In this document: positions 47,848 through 63,136 of the stretch, piece by piece
Layout: each line of letters opens with the position of its first letter
Position numbering within the stretch: the first letter of the stretch is position 1
From: Chrysomallon squamiferum
Taxonomy: Eukaryota; Animalia; Mollusca
Length of the DNA: 64,000 nucleotides
Assembly (NCBI GenBank): GCA_012295275.1
Contig: CM022679.1
Coordinates: forward strand, 25,916,001 to 25,980,000
Direction of reading: 5' to 3'
The notes under the pieces: model-generated
Told to the model about the DNA's origin: nothing
Seen by the model: the letters and a program-made list of their open reading frames with translations, nothing else
Database searches by the model: none
Position numbers and translations under genes: made by a program

Positions 47848-50800
47848 ATATGAAGATATGTACACCCACTTGGTGAGTGGATAGTAACTAATGAGACAGA
47901 TAAAGAAAAGTATTTAATTACAGATACCAGGAATAAAGGCACACGTAAACGTTTAGAAATATATTAAGTTTCAAAACAACGCAGGTAAACGATTGTACTT
48001 ATATTTCAGTTGTTCAATACAAGCAAACGCCCGTACTTATATTTCAGTTGATTAATGCGGCCCCTGCAGTATAGCTATGCTGGTATTTTCTTAGTAAACA
48101 ACATTGTATACAAAATACCACATTGATATTAAAAGTGAGGTTTTATGATGGCTGATACAAACTTAGTAAACGTTATTGGTTGTTGCCAGTGTATCAGTTA
48201 GGGTGAAGGAAGTAAAATGAAAACAAATTTTGCCATCTTCGAGATACTTTTGAAAAATGTAAGAAAAGAAAAAAGAAAAGAAAATCAAAGATGTGAGATA
48301 TATAAATTATATATGCGTCCGTCCGTCCGCTCTCCGATCTGTCCATCCATCCGTTCATTAATGTCTAATATCTGCCTGACTCTATATCTTTCTATTTGTT
48401 TGTATAAGTTTCCTTTATATTTGTGCCAATACCTGATTTTCACGTAGTACTATACTAAAAGAAAAAAAAAATTAATAAAAGGCTTTCGAACATAAACCGG
48501 TTTTACACCTAATTTTAGCATTTAATGGAGATTTATTTATCTTAACTGATAGCTAATATTTACTGAACTTTCACCGACAAACTTTTATCGATATCCTGTC
48601 CAGTATTCTAATCTGATCAGCTTTATCGATCTTCAGACCAAGATTCACTGATAGCTAAACCATATTACTTAAAGACAATGAAAATTACAGCACATGTCAC
48701 TTTAATTAAATGACTGTAAAATGTGTCAGTATTAGCAAATCTTTAGTATTTTCTGACAAACGAAAATTCGCATGCATGTCAATAAAACAAGCCTTTGACT
48801 CGTTACATGATGATATCATTTTTTTTATTATTATTATTTTTTTATACGTTTGCTTGGTTACTTCTTTTTAAAGACTGGTTTATAAAACAGGTAGTGGTAT
48901 GAACTTGACTGTCTACACAACGATTACCTACTTCCCTGTAATAAGATGTTTGCCCCGCCAGGAGGGTTCAATTAAGCAATTAAGCAATTATCATTAGATG
49001 AAATATAAGCCCGCTTTAATTCTAACAGTAATGATTAAAAACTCCATAGAAGCATAGAAAGAACAACAAGAACACTAAAGATAATAGTAATAATTAAAAA
49101 AAAAGAAGAAGAAAACGACAATGATAACGATTACAACGATAATAACAATAGTAATAACAATTATTGTTAATAATAAAATAAAAAAATAAAAAATAAAATA
49201 AAAAAATAAAAAAGCACAACACTCCCACACACAAATAAATACAGTAGTAGTAGCTATAGTAGTAGTAATAATAATTATATTGCCTTTTCTCTGAACTATA
49301 CTTCATAAAGTAAGCCTAAACACTTATCGGGCGGAAGAAATTTCATTTTATATGAATATATCATGTTATGATGACATTACAAAATACACTAAGACAAGCT
49401 GTAACTCTACCCAGCCATACTAACTGTTGATAATTAAAGTTATTAGTTATGTACACTCTAAATAGCCTTTGTTAACATAGTTTCGTTAGATGTTGCTGAA
49501 ACACCAAGTATTAAATTATTTTTGTTCTTTAACTAGCTTATTTAAATCATTGGAAAGCACAAGAGGCTGGTTTGTGAGGTGTACTATTATCAACTGTTAG
49601 TTAACATATTCATTATGAACAAATAATTCACATTATAAATAATGCGATTTAACTTCAGATCGACATGCATATAAACAAACATGTTTCATATATACATGTA
49701 TATATAAAAATGAGGTCAAACTAGAAACTGTCAGCTATATTAGTAGATACACATACAAATTATGTGTATATATGTATGTAAGAATGTATGTATGTTGTAT
49801 GTATTATGTATGTATGTAGTTTAGTATATCTGTCTGACTGATTATATGTATATACGAATGAATAACATCATGAATGTATATCGGTGGTGTACTTTTTGAT
49901 GTACATACACTTAACACAGTGACATTCAAAATACAATATCAATAAAATCTATAAATACAGGTACATAATTCTTAAAAAACTGTAAAACTCAGTTAAACCG
50001 GTTAGTGGGCGTTCTACCACCATGAATTTTATATTCTTGTTGCGACTGTTGCAGTGTTTGAACTTGAGGCGTGGTGGTGATGACCTAGTGAAGCTAAGTA
50101 AACAACTACCGGCAGTTCGTGAGTCATGGACTCTACTCGGCAGACATTACGGTTTGAATGCGTGCACTGCCTGCATTATTGGACTGTTTTAACTACATGT
50201 TCAGTTGGAATTAAAGAGAGAGAGAGAGAGAGAGAGTTTAAAATAAAAATAGTTAAAATAAAAATAAAAAAAAAAAAAAAGAAGAAAAAAGATAAGATAA
50301 ATGCTCTACACACCCAGCAGGTGTTTCTGTGTGTCTCTGTGTGTGTGTGTGGTGTATGTATGTGTGTCCAGTCCACCCGCGGAAATGTAGCACTTTGTTA
50401 AAATGTGTGTGTGAGGATATGCAATTGTTCCTATATATGTGTATGTGTTTTTGTGGGGGGAGTGTGTATGTGTGTAGCCTTATATAGCATCTGTTGTGTG
50501 CATAATGCATTGCACGCATATATTCCACGTATAACATTCTCTGTTTATTTCTTTCTCTTTATTTTCTCTCTCTCATTCACTATCTCTGTTTAGGCGTACG
50601 AGGTTACAACATACTACTTCTAAATATAGGATGAGAAAGTAAAATGAATTGAATGTATTGTTAAGTGCTTTTTCCCAGCCAACACCTTTGAGCTATTTAA
50701 ACCAACGCCTATTAAGATTTATATCGACACGAACGCTCATTGTAAAAACTGCACGTTGGTTGTAGCAGACTATCTCACAGGATATTACAATAGCGCAGGG

Positions 50801-51295
50801 CGTTGTCCCAAGTCGTCAGGCTGGTGACACTGCCGTCATACTTGTCAGTGTACATTGATTATTGCCTTAACTGTCACTTATCTACGAACGTTATCTTCTT
50901 TTACTTGTTTTTATTACGACCCGCTTGTAGTAGATTTATCAAGAAGTAGAGATCGATTTTAGACAACGGATTAATTTTTTATTTTTTTTTTTTTTTGAAA
51001 ACGCAGCGTAAATTGGAAATAGCAATGAAAATTGCAATGACACCTACTTAAAATGTTAAATTAAGTTTCCATGTTTCTGTACGTCTCAGCAGGTCTCACA
51101 GTTTAGAAACATCAAACTCGTTACTAACCTTTGTGGGCGAATGCGATTTGTATGTAACATGATTGATCATTTACGTTATTATGTTTCCATAAATCCGGGT
51201 TGGTCCTACTTAAAGATGTTTGTACACCCCCGCACAGTAATGCACAAACTTGCATACATTGTTTAATATAATATTATTATAGCAATTAGCACACA

Positions 51296-51345
<50 letters not shown>

Positions 51346-51460
51346 CCGTGCACTGTGTTCTAAACATGTGAAATCAAATTTACATATTCAGAATGCTTTT
51401 CATATTTCTTACATTGTGCAGTCCTGTTTCTAATTTAGTTATCAAACACGGAACATTCTA

Positions 51461-51499
<39 letters not shown>

Positions 51500-52953
51500 T
51501 AATACTTATACTTCATAACTTAAAAATGAGCATAAATCTACTTAAACACAAATACAAATATTATAGTAATTTTCCTTTCTGAATTTTGACCTATTTTATT
51601 ATTTAAAGTTTCTTTTTTTTTTCTATGCTTATATAGCAAAACATATTTATTATAGAGATATTTTCATATAAGGATACTCACCAAAATATACTTCCTTTCC
51701 ACAAGTAGGGCACTTCATCTTGACAGATTTTTAAAAATTTGTTTTAAAGGAGCTGTAACCAACGTCAGTGATCGCTGTTCAGTGCTGAAAGCCAAGGGAT
51801 GTCGTTGACATAAACTGTCGTCTGCTTTCTTTTCTGCTCACGTGACAGGTTTCATTTGCACACGGTGCGCTAACTGAATCAACTACGACTGTCAGGGACA
51901 CACATTTCCTTTGAGATAATTTTATTTATATAGTTTGAGCACAGTACTGAAAACTGAGATTAAGGCTAATACTAACGTATCGGGATCGAATTCTAGTACG
52001 AGCATTTTGGAATTTTGTTTTCTGGTTACCTTTCTAAAAAAATAGTTCGGGGATTTTAATTTATTTTTATTCACAAACTAGAATGAAAAAAAAAAAAAAA
52101 AAAAAAAAAAGGAGGAAAAAACCATTTACTTTCTTTCTTTCTTTTTAAAAAAAAAATTATTCTCACATGTTTAACAAAGAAAAAACAAAAACAAAACAAT
52201 AATAAAGTAAATATAGGACAAAACAAAAGGTTAAATCACACTAAAACTTTGTTTGTCTTATTTTACTGCATATGACCTATCCTAAGTGCCGCCTGTTAAT
52301 AGTTTTTATTATTAACAGTCTCCGATTGTTCCGTCTGCAGATCCAACAAACACCATTTATAGTTTATGACTTGTAACTGCGATCGTCTTTTGCTAGTACG
52401 AAAAAGGAAATGAAGAATAGCACCTGAATTCTCATGCCATTCTTGGCAGCCTGTTGTGAAATTGTGGAAGTTCATCAGATTTACCATAATTTGGGAAGTA
52501 AACGTTTTTCTTTTACTGTTTTAGAAAAGGCGTCAAGACATTAGATCCTGTAGAAATATGGTTAGATCACCCTAGAGGTTTTATATATTATTTACACTGT
52601 AACTGAAGTAGTGGATGACATATTTTTTATTTTATAACTTTAATTAATTTATTTATCAGTTTTGTTCCTTTGTTTAACAAATCCAAGAGAAATAAAATTT
52701 AAAATATTAAAACAGAAGCGTTTTTTATTCCCCTTAAAAACACAAAAAAACAACAAGCAAAATAGATTGTAAAGATATATATGTAGTGAGAAAGGGATAC
52801 AAGACCTAATATCTAAACAAATATGCTATGTAGTTTTCTTATTTAAAATTTAGTTTTTGCATATTGATTTTTACATAACGACGTTTTAAAAATCGGTGTT
52901 GGTAAATTTGTTTGGGGTGACGGGGGGTGGGGATATAAGCAGTTAGCCTTTAA

Positions 52954-52984
52954 TAGGGCACAAAATAGTCTGACGCCGGCCCTG
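52954..52984 (-). mobile_element. hAT-like transposon right terminal inverted repeat
   Basis: TAGGGCACAAAATAGTCTGACGCCGGCCCTG, the inverted counterpart of 41054-41084. Confidence 0.5.
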
Positions 52985-53679
52985 ATATTATGTAGAAAAT
53001 CATTAAAATAATATTGTCCATAAGCTGTCCTTGACTTCCGAAAAAAGACTTTGCGACAATTCTTCAACGTCAAAAATCACATCTAATTCTTCATTCCCAT
53101 TATACTTTTCATTCACGGTTGTTTCTCGCGGTTGCACTACGTTTTCCACTTCTAAGTCATGGAAAGGTATTTTTTTTTTTTTTTTATGAAAGGCAGAACA
53201 TCTCCGAAATCGTATTATATAGAGGATCAATAAAACAACAAACAAGCCTAGTCATGACTTTTAATTTAATGACTTCTAAATATATCGACTTGGAAGAGTA
53301 AATAACGTATTATATGAATCAAACCGGGAACCGATATTTCGTTTACTGGCATTGTCAAAGGTCCTGTGCTAATCTGGTTTTATACAAGGTCAATTAAAAG
53401 AAGAGTTAATACTGTATCGTTGTCTCATGCGGTGGTGAACACTTAATTATACGACTACTGACAGTAAATCTTTGTGCTAGCAATATTTTCATAATTATTT
53501 ACTTAAATATTACAATACTGGTGTTCCACTGGTTATTTTATTCATTAAAAGCAAGGATAAAATCAGACTCTGAGAAAAATAATAAATAACAGATTTACAA
53601 ACATTTTTGACAGAAGACACGTAGATGCCTGTTAGAGTTACGTATCTTGATGATGTGTAAAATAAGTATTTTTAGAAAC

Positions 53680-53790
53680 TTATCGACTTCGGTTCGTTTC
53701 GGAAATGTTCGTTTCAGTTTGGATCGTAATATAAGGTCCGAAAAAGCCCGAAGACTCACTATTTTTGTCAATCAGCCAATCCTTGTTGTC
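53680..53790 (+). promoter_or_regulatory. Putative WIPI2 promoter (CpG-enriched, CCAAT box)
   Basis: CpG-rich patch and GTCAATCAGCCAATC about 130 bp upstream of the ATG at 53906. Confidence 0.4.
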
Positions 53791-53905
53791 GTTACATTTA
53801 TCATCGTCAGCAATTAATGGCTGCCACTGTTTTGATTTTGAGCAGAAAACAGTGGTCAACACGGATTATATTTACAGTGGGGTTTCTCAGGGCTTTTCTG
53901 GCCTC

Positions 53906-55493
53906 ATGAACCTTGCAAGTCAAGCTGGAGAGCAGCAGTCAAACCTGTTGTTTGTAAATTTTAATCAGGATTGCTCGTAAGTAAAGATTTTGATTAACAA
54001 AAAGACGCAAATTGCGTTTGAACTTTGTTTTCGATTTGTGACAACACAGAATCATGAGAATGTTTACCGTGACGTTAACATAATGAAACTGAATTACTGA
54101 TTTAGGCAATGCCAAATTTCGTTAAAGGCAATGATATAGATGGAGTGCATTATCAAATAATTATAAACAAAAAAAGTAACATTATGTATTACAAGTATAC
54201 GATATATTCTGTTGTTTGAGAAAATTTAATATCATGATATCACTTTTATGAGTCACGTCTGTTAGTTATTTAGTAAGTTAGTATTACGATACGACTCAGG
54301 CAGAACCTGAAAGCTGGCCTGCAGCGAAAGGTTAAGCACTAACACTGTAACATAATCTTTACACAAAAGCAGTACACATATTCCTGATAGTGATACATGA
54401 TTGTGTCAGCAGAGTAGATCATCCATTAAATCATCATTATTTTTATTTAAATATTTTCCTAACTGAACGATAACATTAGAAAAATAATTTATAAAATTAT
54501 GTTATTAGTTGATCTCTGGATGAATATATTTTATATTCCATCTAAAATGTTGGTATTAAAAGTGTATGATTTATAGATGTTATTATTTTTTATTTAAAAT
54601 ATTAAACTGTTTAGAAGTTACCTAGATTGAATGCATTATTTGGCAAAAGTCAGATTGTGGATTTTTATTTTTTAATTATTATGTTTTTTGCTAGATATTT
54701 AAAATGAAAGTTAGTGCTAAAAATCACCAAAACAAAACAGAAAAACCTCCCCTCCCAAGAGTTTCATGTGAAATTTGCATTATACTTCCAAATTTTGTAA
54801 TGGCCAAATTTCTAAAGTGGATAAATAAAAACCTGAATTTTGCAGGAAAAAAACAAAACAAAAACAACAACAACAAAAAAAAAGATAAAAGGACTGAATA
54901 ACAATTTCAAGCACAAAATTAAACTTTATTTACAAAACTTTGTTACAGATGTTGATTACAAACAATTTGTTAATCTTGATAAAAAATGATGGAATTATTC
55001 ATAATTTTGTTAACATTCAGAAGAGTTCACTCTTTTAAGTTTTTTGAGCATTGCTAATATATGAGTTCATTAAAAACCAGCCTTCTTTCTCACTTATTGA
55101 CATTTCTGTTGATAATCCAGTCTCATTGTTAAATGTATTACACAAAGAGTATGATCCTTTGACATCTATTCATGACAAATGATTATTTGTTAATTCTGCC
55201 TAAATTAATATTAATCCTAAAAAAAAATTAAAAAAAGTATGATCAGTTGGATCTGAATGTTGAAATAAATTGTAATAATTTTGATTAAAAACATTTTCAG
55301 GTCGCAGGTACAGAGAGAACAAGTCCCACTGATTTCAATTTGAAAACTTTTCTCATTGTTTATATTTCAGATCACTTGCTGTAGGGACAAAAACTGGGTA
55401 CAAGTTATTTTCTCTCAACTATGTTGATAAACTTGAGACAATTTATGACAATGGTAGGTTTCATTCTTTTTATTGGTCTTTTATGTTTTTACT

Positions 55494-55524
<31 letters not shown>

Positions 55525-58500
55525 CTTTTAGATATTAAGTATAAAAGCTTTCTAGCATATAGGTAAATACACATACACACAATGAATATCAAGTACTTTA
55601 TACATATCAGTGATAGAGCCAGCATATTACAATCATATCAGCCAGTGTTTTTTTTTTATATCAGTTTATATATTGCAATTTTTCTTAATCTTTGGAACCA
55701 TCTAACCTGTGTTTATTAAATTACATATTAAATTACATATTACATAATGACAAGGAACATTATAGTGGTTTTTATTTTTAATTTACTGAAATTAAAATAG
55801 TATAAATCATGTAGGTATAATGTACATATTGTAATTTGAGAAGTGTAGGTGTTGGCTTGCTGTCATATAATTATTAATACTCTGAACTAATACTTTTTTT
55901 TCTTTGTAATACTAATTAGGTGTGCCAAAGTAATACTGACCTATTATGAAATATAGGAGTTAATGGAAATAAAGTCATAATTGTACTGTTAGCAATTCCA
56001 TACACTGAATTAATTAAGAGTATTTTATAAATTTGAAATTTTGTGTTCTTTTTTTTATTCATTATAATTTTTTGAATTTGTTTAGAATGATACCATAATT
56101 AAATACTGTTATAACTTATTTTTCTTCAACTTACATAACATAAATATAATCAAAAAAAAAAAAAACAAAAAATAAAAACATAAAAAATACGGTCATAAAA
56201 ATTTCATCACTATTTAATGGTCGATGGGTTGTTTAAAAACTATTTTTCTGTTTCCAAGATCTGTATTTTTTTTTAATTTTCATATGCAAATAATAAAACA
56301 TTAATGCAGATAAACAAACAAGGAAGAAATAATTTTTCTAATGACAGCAAACACTCAGCATACTGTTAGTTCCATTTTTGATCATGATGTGATAATAACA
56401 ATTTGATAATCTGTGGTTTTCCAAATGGGTGATACTTCCTGCTTGGAGGCAGTGAGTATTTTGAGATGGGAGGAAATAAAATGAATTAATTTGGAGTTTC
56501 TCTTATCTTTTACTCAGTATGCATTGTTAAAACATTACAGTGTAGATGACAGGATGGGGAGGGCATCATCTAACAGGAATATAGTGATTCAGAGAATCAC
56601 TGGTCCAGTTCCAGGATAGGCAGTAAATGGCTAGTTTAAATACAGTATTCTTTATTTGAAAGCACTTGTATTCTTAGAATAATATAAGTACCTCCTGTGG
56701 CCATTTAATACAACATGATGTAAAAAATATTTATATTTTAATCCTTGTTTACAAATAAATAACATTATCTCAAATATAATATTTGTTTGTATACAAATAA
56801 ATAACATTATCTCAGATATGTAATATTCCTTGTATATAAAATAAATAACATTGTCTCAAATATATAATATTTCTTGTATACAAATAAACAACATTTCAAA
56901 TATAATAATATTCATTGTATACAAATAAATAACATTGTCTCAAAGATAATATTCCTTGTATACAAATAAATAACATCATCTCAAAGATAATAATTCTTGT
57001 ATACAAATAAATAACATCTCAAAAATAATAATTCTTGTATACAAATAAATAACATTATCTCTAATATATTATTCCTTGTAAAACAAATAACATTATCTCT
57101 GATGACAGACAGCAGCAAAATAATGTTACAGAGTAACAGTTTTTAACAGGAACATGTGTTGGCTGTAATTTTAAATCTTTCTGTTTCTGAATTTTGCCAG
57201 AGAGTGATGACATCTGCATTGTGGAGAGGCTCTTCTCAAGCAGTCTTGTGGCCATCGTTAGCTTATCATCGCCCCGCAAGCTGAAAGTGTGTCACTTCAA
57301 AAAGGGAACCGAAATTTGTAACTACAGTTATTCCAACTCTATATTAGCAGTGAAATTAAATCGCCAGGTAGGTTGGAGATCTTATTTTTCAAAACACGCT
57401 TTTACGTTGTAAAATAAATTTTAGTTTTGTTTACGTTTAGTCCATGTGTAAAATCGAATAATAATTTGACACAGTTAAAATCATAATGTTTGTTATTTAT
57501 GATTTATCTTAATTAGAAAATGAGGATTTTCATATAGTTTGGTAGAATTTGGTAATAATTATTAGATATAAATATTACAGGGGAATGTTGTGTTTATAGC
57601 CGAAATTATTTGTTAATGAGAATTTGCTACAGTCCATTTGTTAGTGTCAAATTATTTATAATGGTAGTTTTGGAATCAGTATTTTAAAGGTCTTTATTTT
57701 TTATTTTTTTTAAACTTTTTGTGATTTTATTTTTCAAAGAATTTTTTCAAGAAATTTTAACTTATAGTAAGTATTTAGAAAACGACATGAATATTAGAAA
57801 CTATATTACTCAAGGTTTTAGAACGAAAATTCTCAATATAATTTAGATTATGTGTTAGTTGGTAATAATCACTGTCACCGTATTTGTTTGTTTGTTTGAT
57901 ATTATTTATTTATTTATTTATTTACATATTTCAGAGACTAGTCGTATGTTTGGAAGAGAGTTTATATATTCACAATATTCGTGACATGAAAGTACTTCAC
58001 ACAATAAGAGACACACCTCCCAACCCGTCTGGTCTGTGTGCTTTGGCTGTGAGCAATGATAACTGTTTCCTCGCCTACCCAGGCAGTAACCAAATAGGGG
58101 AAGTGCAAATATTCGATACAATAAACCTCGTAAGTACATTTTTAAAATGAAATAACCACGAAAATATAAATATTTGTATTGTTTTAGTGTAGAAATTTAG
58201 AATGAGTAAAGAAGTTATTTAATTTTTATTTGTTACTTTAATGAATGTTATTGTTAATCGTTTAGACAACGACAACAATAAAAATAATCTTTGTTATTAG
58301 GGTAATGAAATATGTATTTAGCATGCACTAAGAAAATGGGAAAAATTGTCCTTATTTGATAGGTGAACATTTTTGTTTTATTTTATTTTATTTTATTTTA
58401 TTTTATTTTATTTTATTTTATTTTATTTTATTTTATTTTATTTTATTTTATTTTATTTTATTTTATTTTATTTTATTTTATTTTATTTTGCTTCATCTGA

Positions 58501-59609
58501 TTTAAAAGAAAATTATTTCACAAAGGCTGTCACAAAAGCTTAATTTTTACATTTTGGGGTTTATTATTAAATGATTCATGGTGTCTACCGGAAATAAATA
58601 CAAGAGACATAATAATAACGCAGAGACATAATCATAAACCATAAAAGACTGAGTCCACCCCATGTACTCCTTCCTGTGCTTTAATCTTCGTTATTAAAAT
58701 TTATTATTTACAATTTCAGAGAGCAGTGACTATGATTCCTGCTCACGATAATCCTTTAGCAGCTGTCAGTTTCAGTGGTCAAGGAACAAAACTAGCCACA
58801 GCTTCTGAAAAGGTAATTACAACTTCATACTAATACATGTACTGACATATAAGTGTTTTTATTTTGTTATAATTCTTGCTCTGAATGTTAATAACTAATT
58901 TAACATACATTGTTAGTTAAATCTTTTCTGCCTGACTGAATAAAAACTCAAATAAAATGAAATTTTAGAGCAAATTATTATTTAGCAGATTAGTGTGGTG
59001 ATTCATGTTTTCTCAACAGTGATGTTTTAAGTTAAATCTAAATTTTGTTCTGAAAGATATTGTAAATTATGTTCTTCTCCATAATAACTTTATCAATTTT
59101 TAAATGTGAAAAAAAAAAGACAAACAAAATTTCCACGCAAACTATTCAGAGTTTTATTCTCAATATTAATTTAATTTTGTTTCTCTATGCAGGGAACAGT
59201 AATTCGAGTTTTCTCAATACCTGATGGACAAAAGCTGTTTGAGTTCAGACGAGGTGTTAAAAGGTTTGATGTTTGCTATCACCAAGATGGTTTTATTTAC
59301 TTTTTAATTTTCTATTTCCTTCCAAGACATTTAAACACCCTAACTCTCCATTTTTTTATAGTTGAAGAATTTATTGATCTTTTTTTTTTTTGGTTAAGTT
59401 TGATTATTTTAATATCAAATATGATTTGGAAATATAATTTTAATATTAAATTTAGTTTAGAGATACCTAAAATGTGTTTAAATGGTAATAATTTTATTTT
59501 TATTCACCTTTTATAATTATAGTTATTATTATTTATTTTAAAAATAATTTTCATAATTTCTAAATAGGTATACTTTGAAGGTATAATAATAATACTAATA
59601 ATGCTGCTG

Positions 59610-59649
<40 letters not shown>

Positions 59650-62600
59650 CTCTAATTATTATTATTATTATTGATGATGCTGTTGCTATTATTATTATTG
59701 TTATTGTTATTATTATAATTATTATTATTATTATTATTTTTTTTTTTTTCAGATGTGTAACAATATATTCCCTTGGATTTAGCACTGATTGTTTGTTTCT
59801 CTGTGCATCCAGTAACACTGAAACTGTTCACATTTTTAAACTGGAAACCATCAAAGATAAGTAAGTATTACCTATATTTATATTGTTACTCCTCTTGTAG
59901 CATAGATTCTTTCAAATAATTCTTTTTGTCCTTTTTTCTGTTTTTATTTTTAGTTTGTTGACAAATAACATATAATAAACTTGCATAATTTTTGTAGACT
60001 CCATTAAAGTTATTGTAGTAACAGCCCAGGGGAGAGTTTTATCTATCTATTTATTTATTTATTTATTTAATGGTTTTATGTATTTATTTAATGGTTTTAT
60101 TTATTTATTTACTTCTTTATTTTATTTATTATTTTATTGATTCAAAGCATATTCTCATATTTGAAATGAATTTAAACTATTCATTATAATTAAAAGGAAA
60201 ACAAAAAGAGTTGACCACAAAATACATATTAGAAAGTGAATTAATTTTTGAAGGAAAAATTAAATTAATTACTACTTGTCTTAGTAAAATGTTTTACTTT
60301 ATTTAATCTGTATATTTACTAAACTTCAGTTAACACTCTACATTAAAAATATTGTAATAGCTTTGTAAACTGCATTTGTGTTAAAAATACATATACATTT
60401 TTTATGTTAAATAATGTTATTTTAAGAAATTATTAAAACAAAATTAGAATGATTAATACTTGTTAATGACATAATGCATTGTGCTGAACTGTCTTCTGTT
60501 CTGAATTTAAATTCATTTTTTATAATGAACATAATTATTGTTATGAATAATTAAGTTTGAAAAATAATTAAGAGACATTAATCAAAATGAATAAAAAATG
60601 TTAAATTGTGGATAGAGAGAGTATTAATAATTTTCTGTATAAACGTCTATGATAAAATTTTAATGTCAACTCATTAATAAGGTACTACTATTAAAAACTT
60701 TATAAATTATACAAAATTTAAAGGTAATTTAAAAATTTAAAATTTTTAAATGGATACAACATCAGTGTTATTTTTTATAAATAAATTTTTCATCTTTCAT
60801 TATCATAATCAGGTTTATTTCACAAACACTAACAAGCACTGATATATTTTTTAACATGTTTTAGTTCTTGTCATTCAGCATTCAGTTTGTTTCCCAATTC
60901 AAATTTCAAAGTCATTATTATTTCACACGCCAGTACTGGGATTAAATGTAGATTATTTACTACTGTTATAAAGTAACATGTCTTCTATTTTCTTTGTACA
61001 AGTACAAGGTTATGGAGAGTAAATTGTGAGTATTTGAAAAGCTAATGTTAATAAAATGTGTTTTGAAATGTTATGAGATGGTTCAGGATCTCTATGTATG
61101 CAGTTAGAGGGTAGGTTACTTTTAACAGATATTTATTTATAGAAAATAAAAGTAATTGTGCAAGGGTCTTCATTCCCCATAACTTCTCTGCCCATGAAAA
61201 AAATAAAAGAATTGTTATTTACTTATTGTTGTAGCATTATATAATTTGGATCTTCATGTTTGTTGGTTTTTCAGTTTGTATTTTACAAATCAAAACAATT
61301 TAAATGCACTTAACTTCTTAAGTAAAAATTGTAGTTACATTCATATACATATGTTGCTGCATCTGCTTGTGCATATTTACTCACCTGCAAATGCATATAA
61401 TTATACAGATTGTACAATAAAAATATGTACAAATCTGAGACAGGCATAACTCAGCTCTTAGTTTTAAATTCACTTAAACGTCACTTTTAGCACATTTGCA
61501 TCAACCTTTCATCACTTGAATTAACATCCAGCCTTTTGTGCCTGTATGTATGTATGTATATATATATATTTTGTTTTTTAAACATTATTAGCTACAGCAT
61601 TTATCCCTCCTAATTTATTAGTTGTTCTAGATTGCTCTGTCGTTTCTTTCAGACCTTTGGAGGAACCTCAGGGTTGGTCAGGATATTTTGGCCAGGCACT
61701 GAAGATGTCAGCCAATTACCTCCCTGCACAAGTGTCAGACATGATAAACCAGGGACGATCATTTGCCACCGCTCGTCTTAACACATCTGGTCTGCGCAAC
61801 GTCTGTTCTCTGGCTATGTAAGATTTCTTACTAAAGTCTAAATCCCCCTGAAAACCTTGTTTGTTTGGTATACCTTTGGGTTTGAAAACAGTTGTTACGG
61901 CATATTTTACAAATCTACAGTCAAATGGAGAAAATAATAGTAAAAATTAAAAATGCAGCTTTAAAGATGTTTATTTTTGTTTTAGCTTAAAATCATCAAA
62001 TGAAAAGATTCTATAATTTGAGTTTCCATATTTGACTGTTTAACACAAAGCTTATGAATCTTTTTTATTTTTAATGTATGAATGAAAATATGAACTGATT
62101 GCATAATTAAGTTCTTGGCAGTAATTTATAAGACTATGGAAATTGAATTTATCTTTTATGAATTGAACATTTAATATTATTCATAAAAATTTCCTTTCAG
62201 TAGGAACAGGCAAAGAAAAAAATAAAGATTTCTTATCTAAGATGTTGCTGAGATGAACTGGCAGTGGGCTTCTGTATTTGATTGTCATTTAAAAAAAAAA
62301 AAAAAAAATAAACTATTTTTATATCAGATGCCATAAAAATACTGAAAACTGCTTTGAATGTTAGCATATGAAACATAGATTCATTCAGTCATTTTAAAAA
62401 TATTAATTTCAGATTCGTTGTGATGTAATTTCACAACAACTGGATTGGTTCATTGTTTTGAAATATTATGTAATAATCACTAGTATTTAATGGAACATAC
62501 TTTTTTAAAACATATTTCAGAATTCAGAAGACCCTGAGATTGTTGGTTGCATCCCAAGACGGTATTTTGTACATATACAACATTGACCCCAGTGAAGGTG

Positions 62601-63136
62601 GGGACTGTACCTTAGTCAGGCAGCACAGGTAACTAACAACATGTGTAAAACATTTCACTTTTCTAGATTCAAGTAAAAATTTATATTGTATTCTCTAAAA
62701 TAACATTTAGTAAATTATATTGTCCTTTGTTTTAGCTCTGTGATATCATGTAAATTAAAAAAATGTCATTCTACATTTAAGAAAATTATGTTGTCTATCA
62801 ATTTAAATATCTTTTTCAGTAATATGTATATATTGTATAATTATAAATAGGTATATATATATATACATAAATATTAAAACCAATTATGAAAATTCTTTAA
62901 TATATATACACACAATATTACTAACTGTAATAAATGAGTTTAAACTAATTTTGAAGTGTTATTTTGTAAAACTGTTGAACTGTTTTGTTTGTTCAGGTTG
63001 GACGGGCAGTCGTCTGACACACACATAGCCGACACATCTCACGACCGGCCCCTGGCACACCCTAGTGGGGGCAGTGGCACCTCCCCGAGCCCCATGCAAC
63101 GCGGCGGGGAAGATACCTTAGGTGGCGTCACCACAG
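53906..63136 (+). CDS. WIPI2: WD repeat domain phosphoinositide-interacting protein 2 (Atg18 homolog); final exon(s) beyond the window
   Basis: Exons 53906-53976 (MNLASQ..FNQDC), 55371-55453, 57201-57367 ([35 protein letters not shown]), 57935-58129, 58720-58812, 59193-59263 (FRRG PI3P-binding motif), 59753-59860, 61653-61817, 62521-62628, 62997-63136 (or 63259). All phase-consistent. The Arg residues of NRQR and HNIR, equivalent to the ATG16L1-binding Arg of human WIPI2, are present. Confidence 0.96.
56746..57098. repeat. ~40-bp minisatellite in WIPI2 intron 2
   Basis: About 8-9 copies of TTGTATACAAATAAATAACATTATCTCAAA..TAATATTCC. Confidence 0.9.
58376..58489. repeat. (TTTTA)n pentanucleotide microsatellite
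   Basis: More than 20 perfect copies in WIPI2 intron 4. Confidence 0.95.

Noticed and set aside
55301-55370. Alternative upstream acceptor for WIPI2 exon 2
   Set aside because: The extension hits an in-frame TGA, and the alternative 7-nt microexon would shift frame.
56746-57098. Regularly spaced repeats that superficially resemble a CRISPR array (also 31832-32192)
   Set aside because: Head-to-tail degenerate units without unique spacers, inside eukaryotic introns, with no cas genes.
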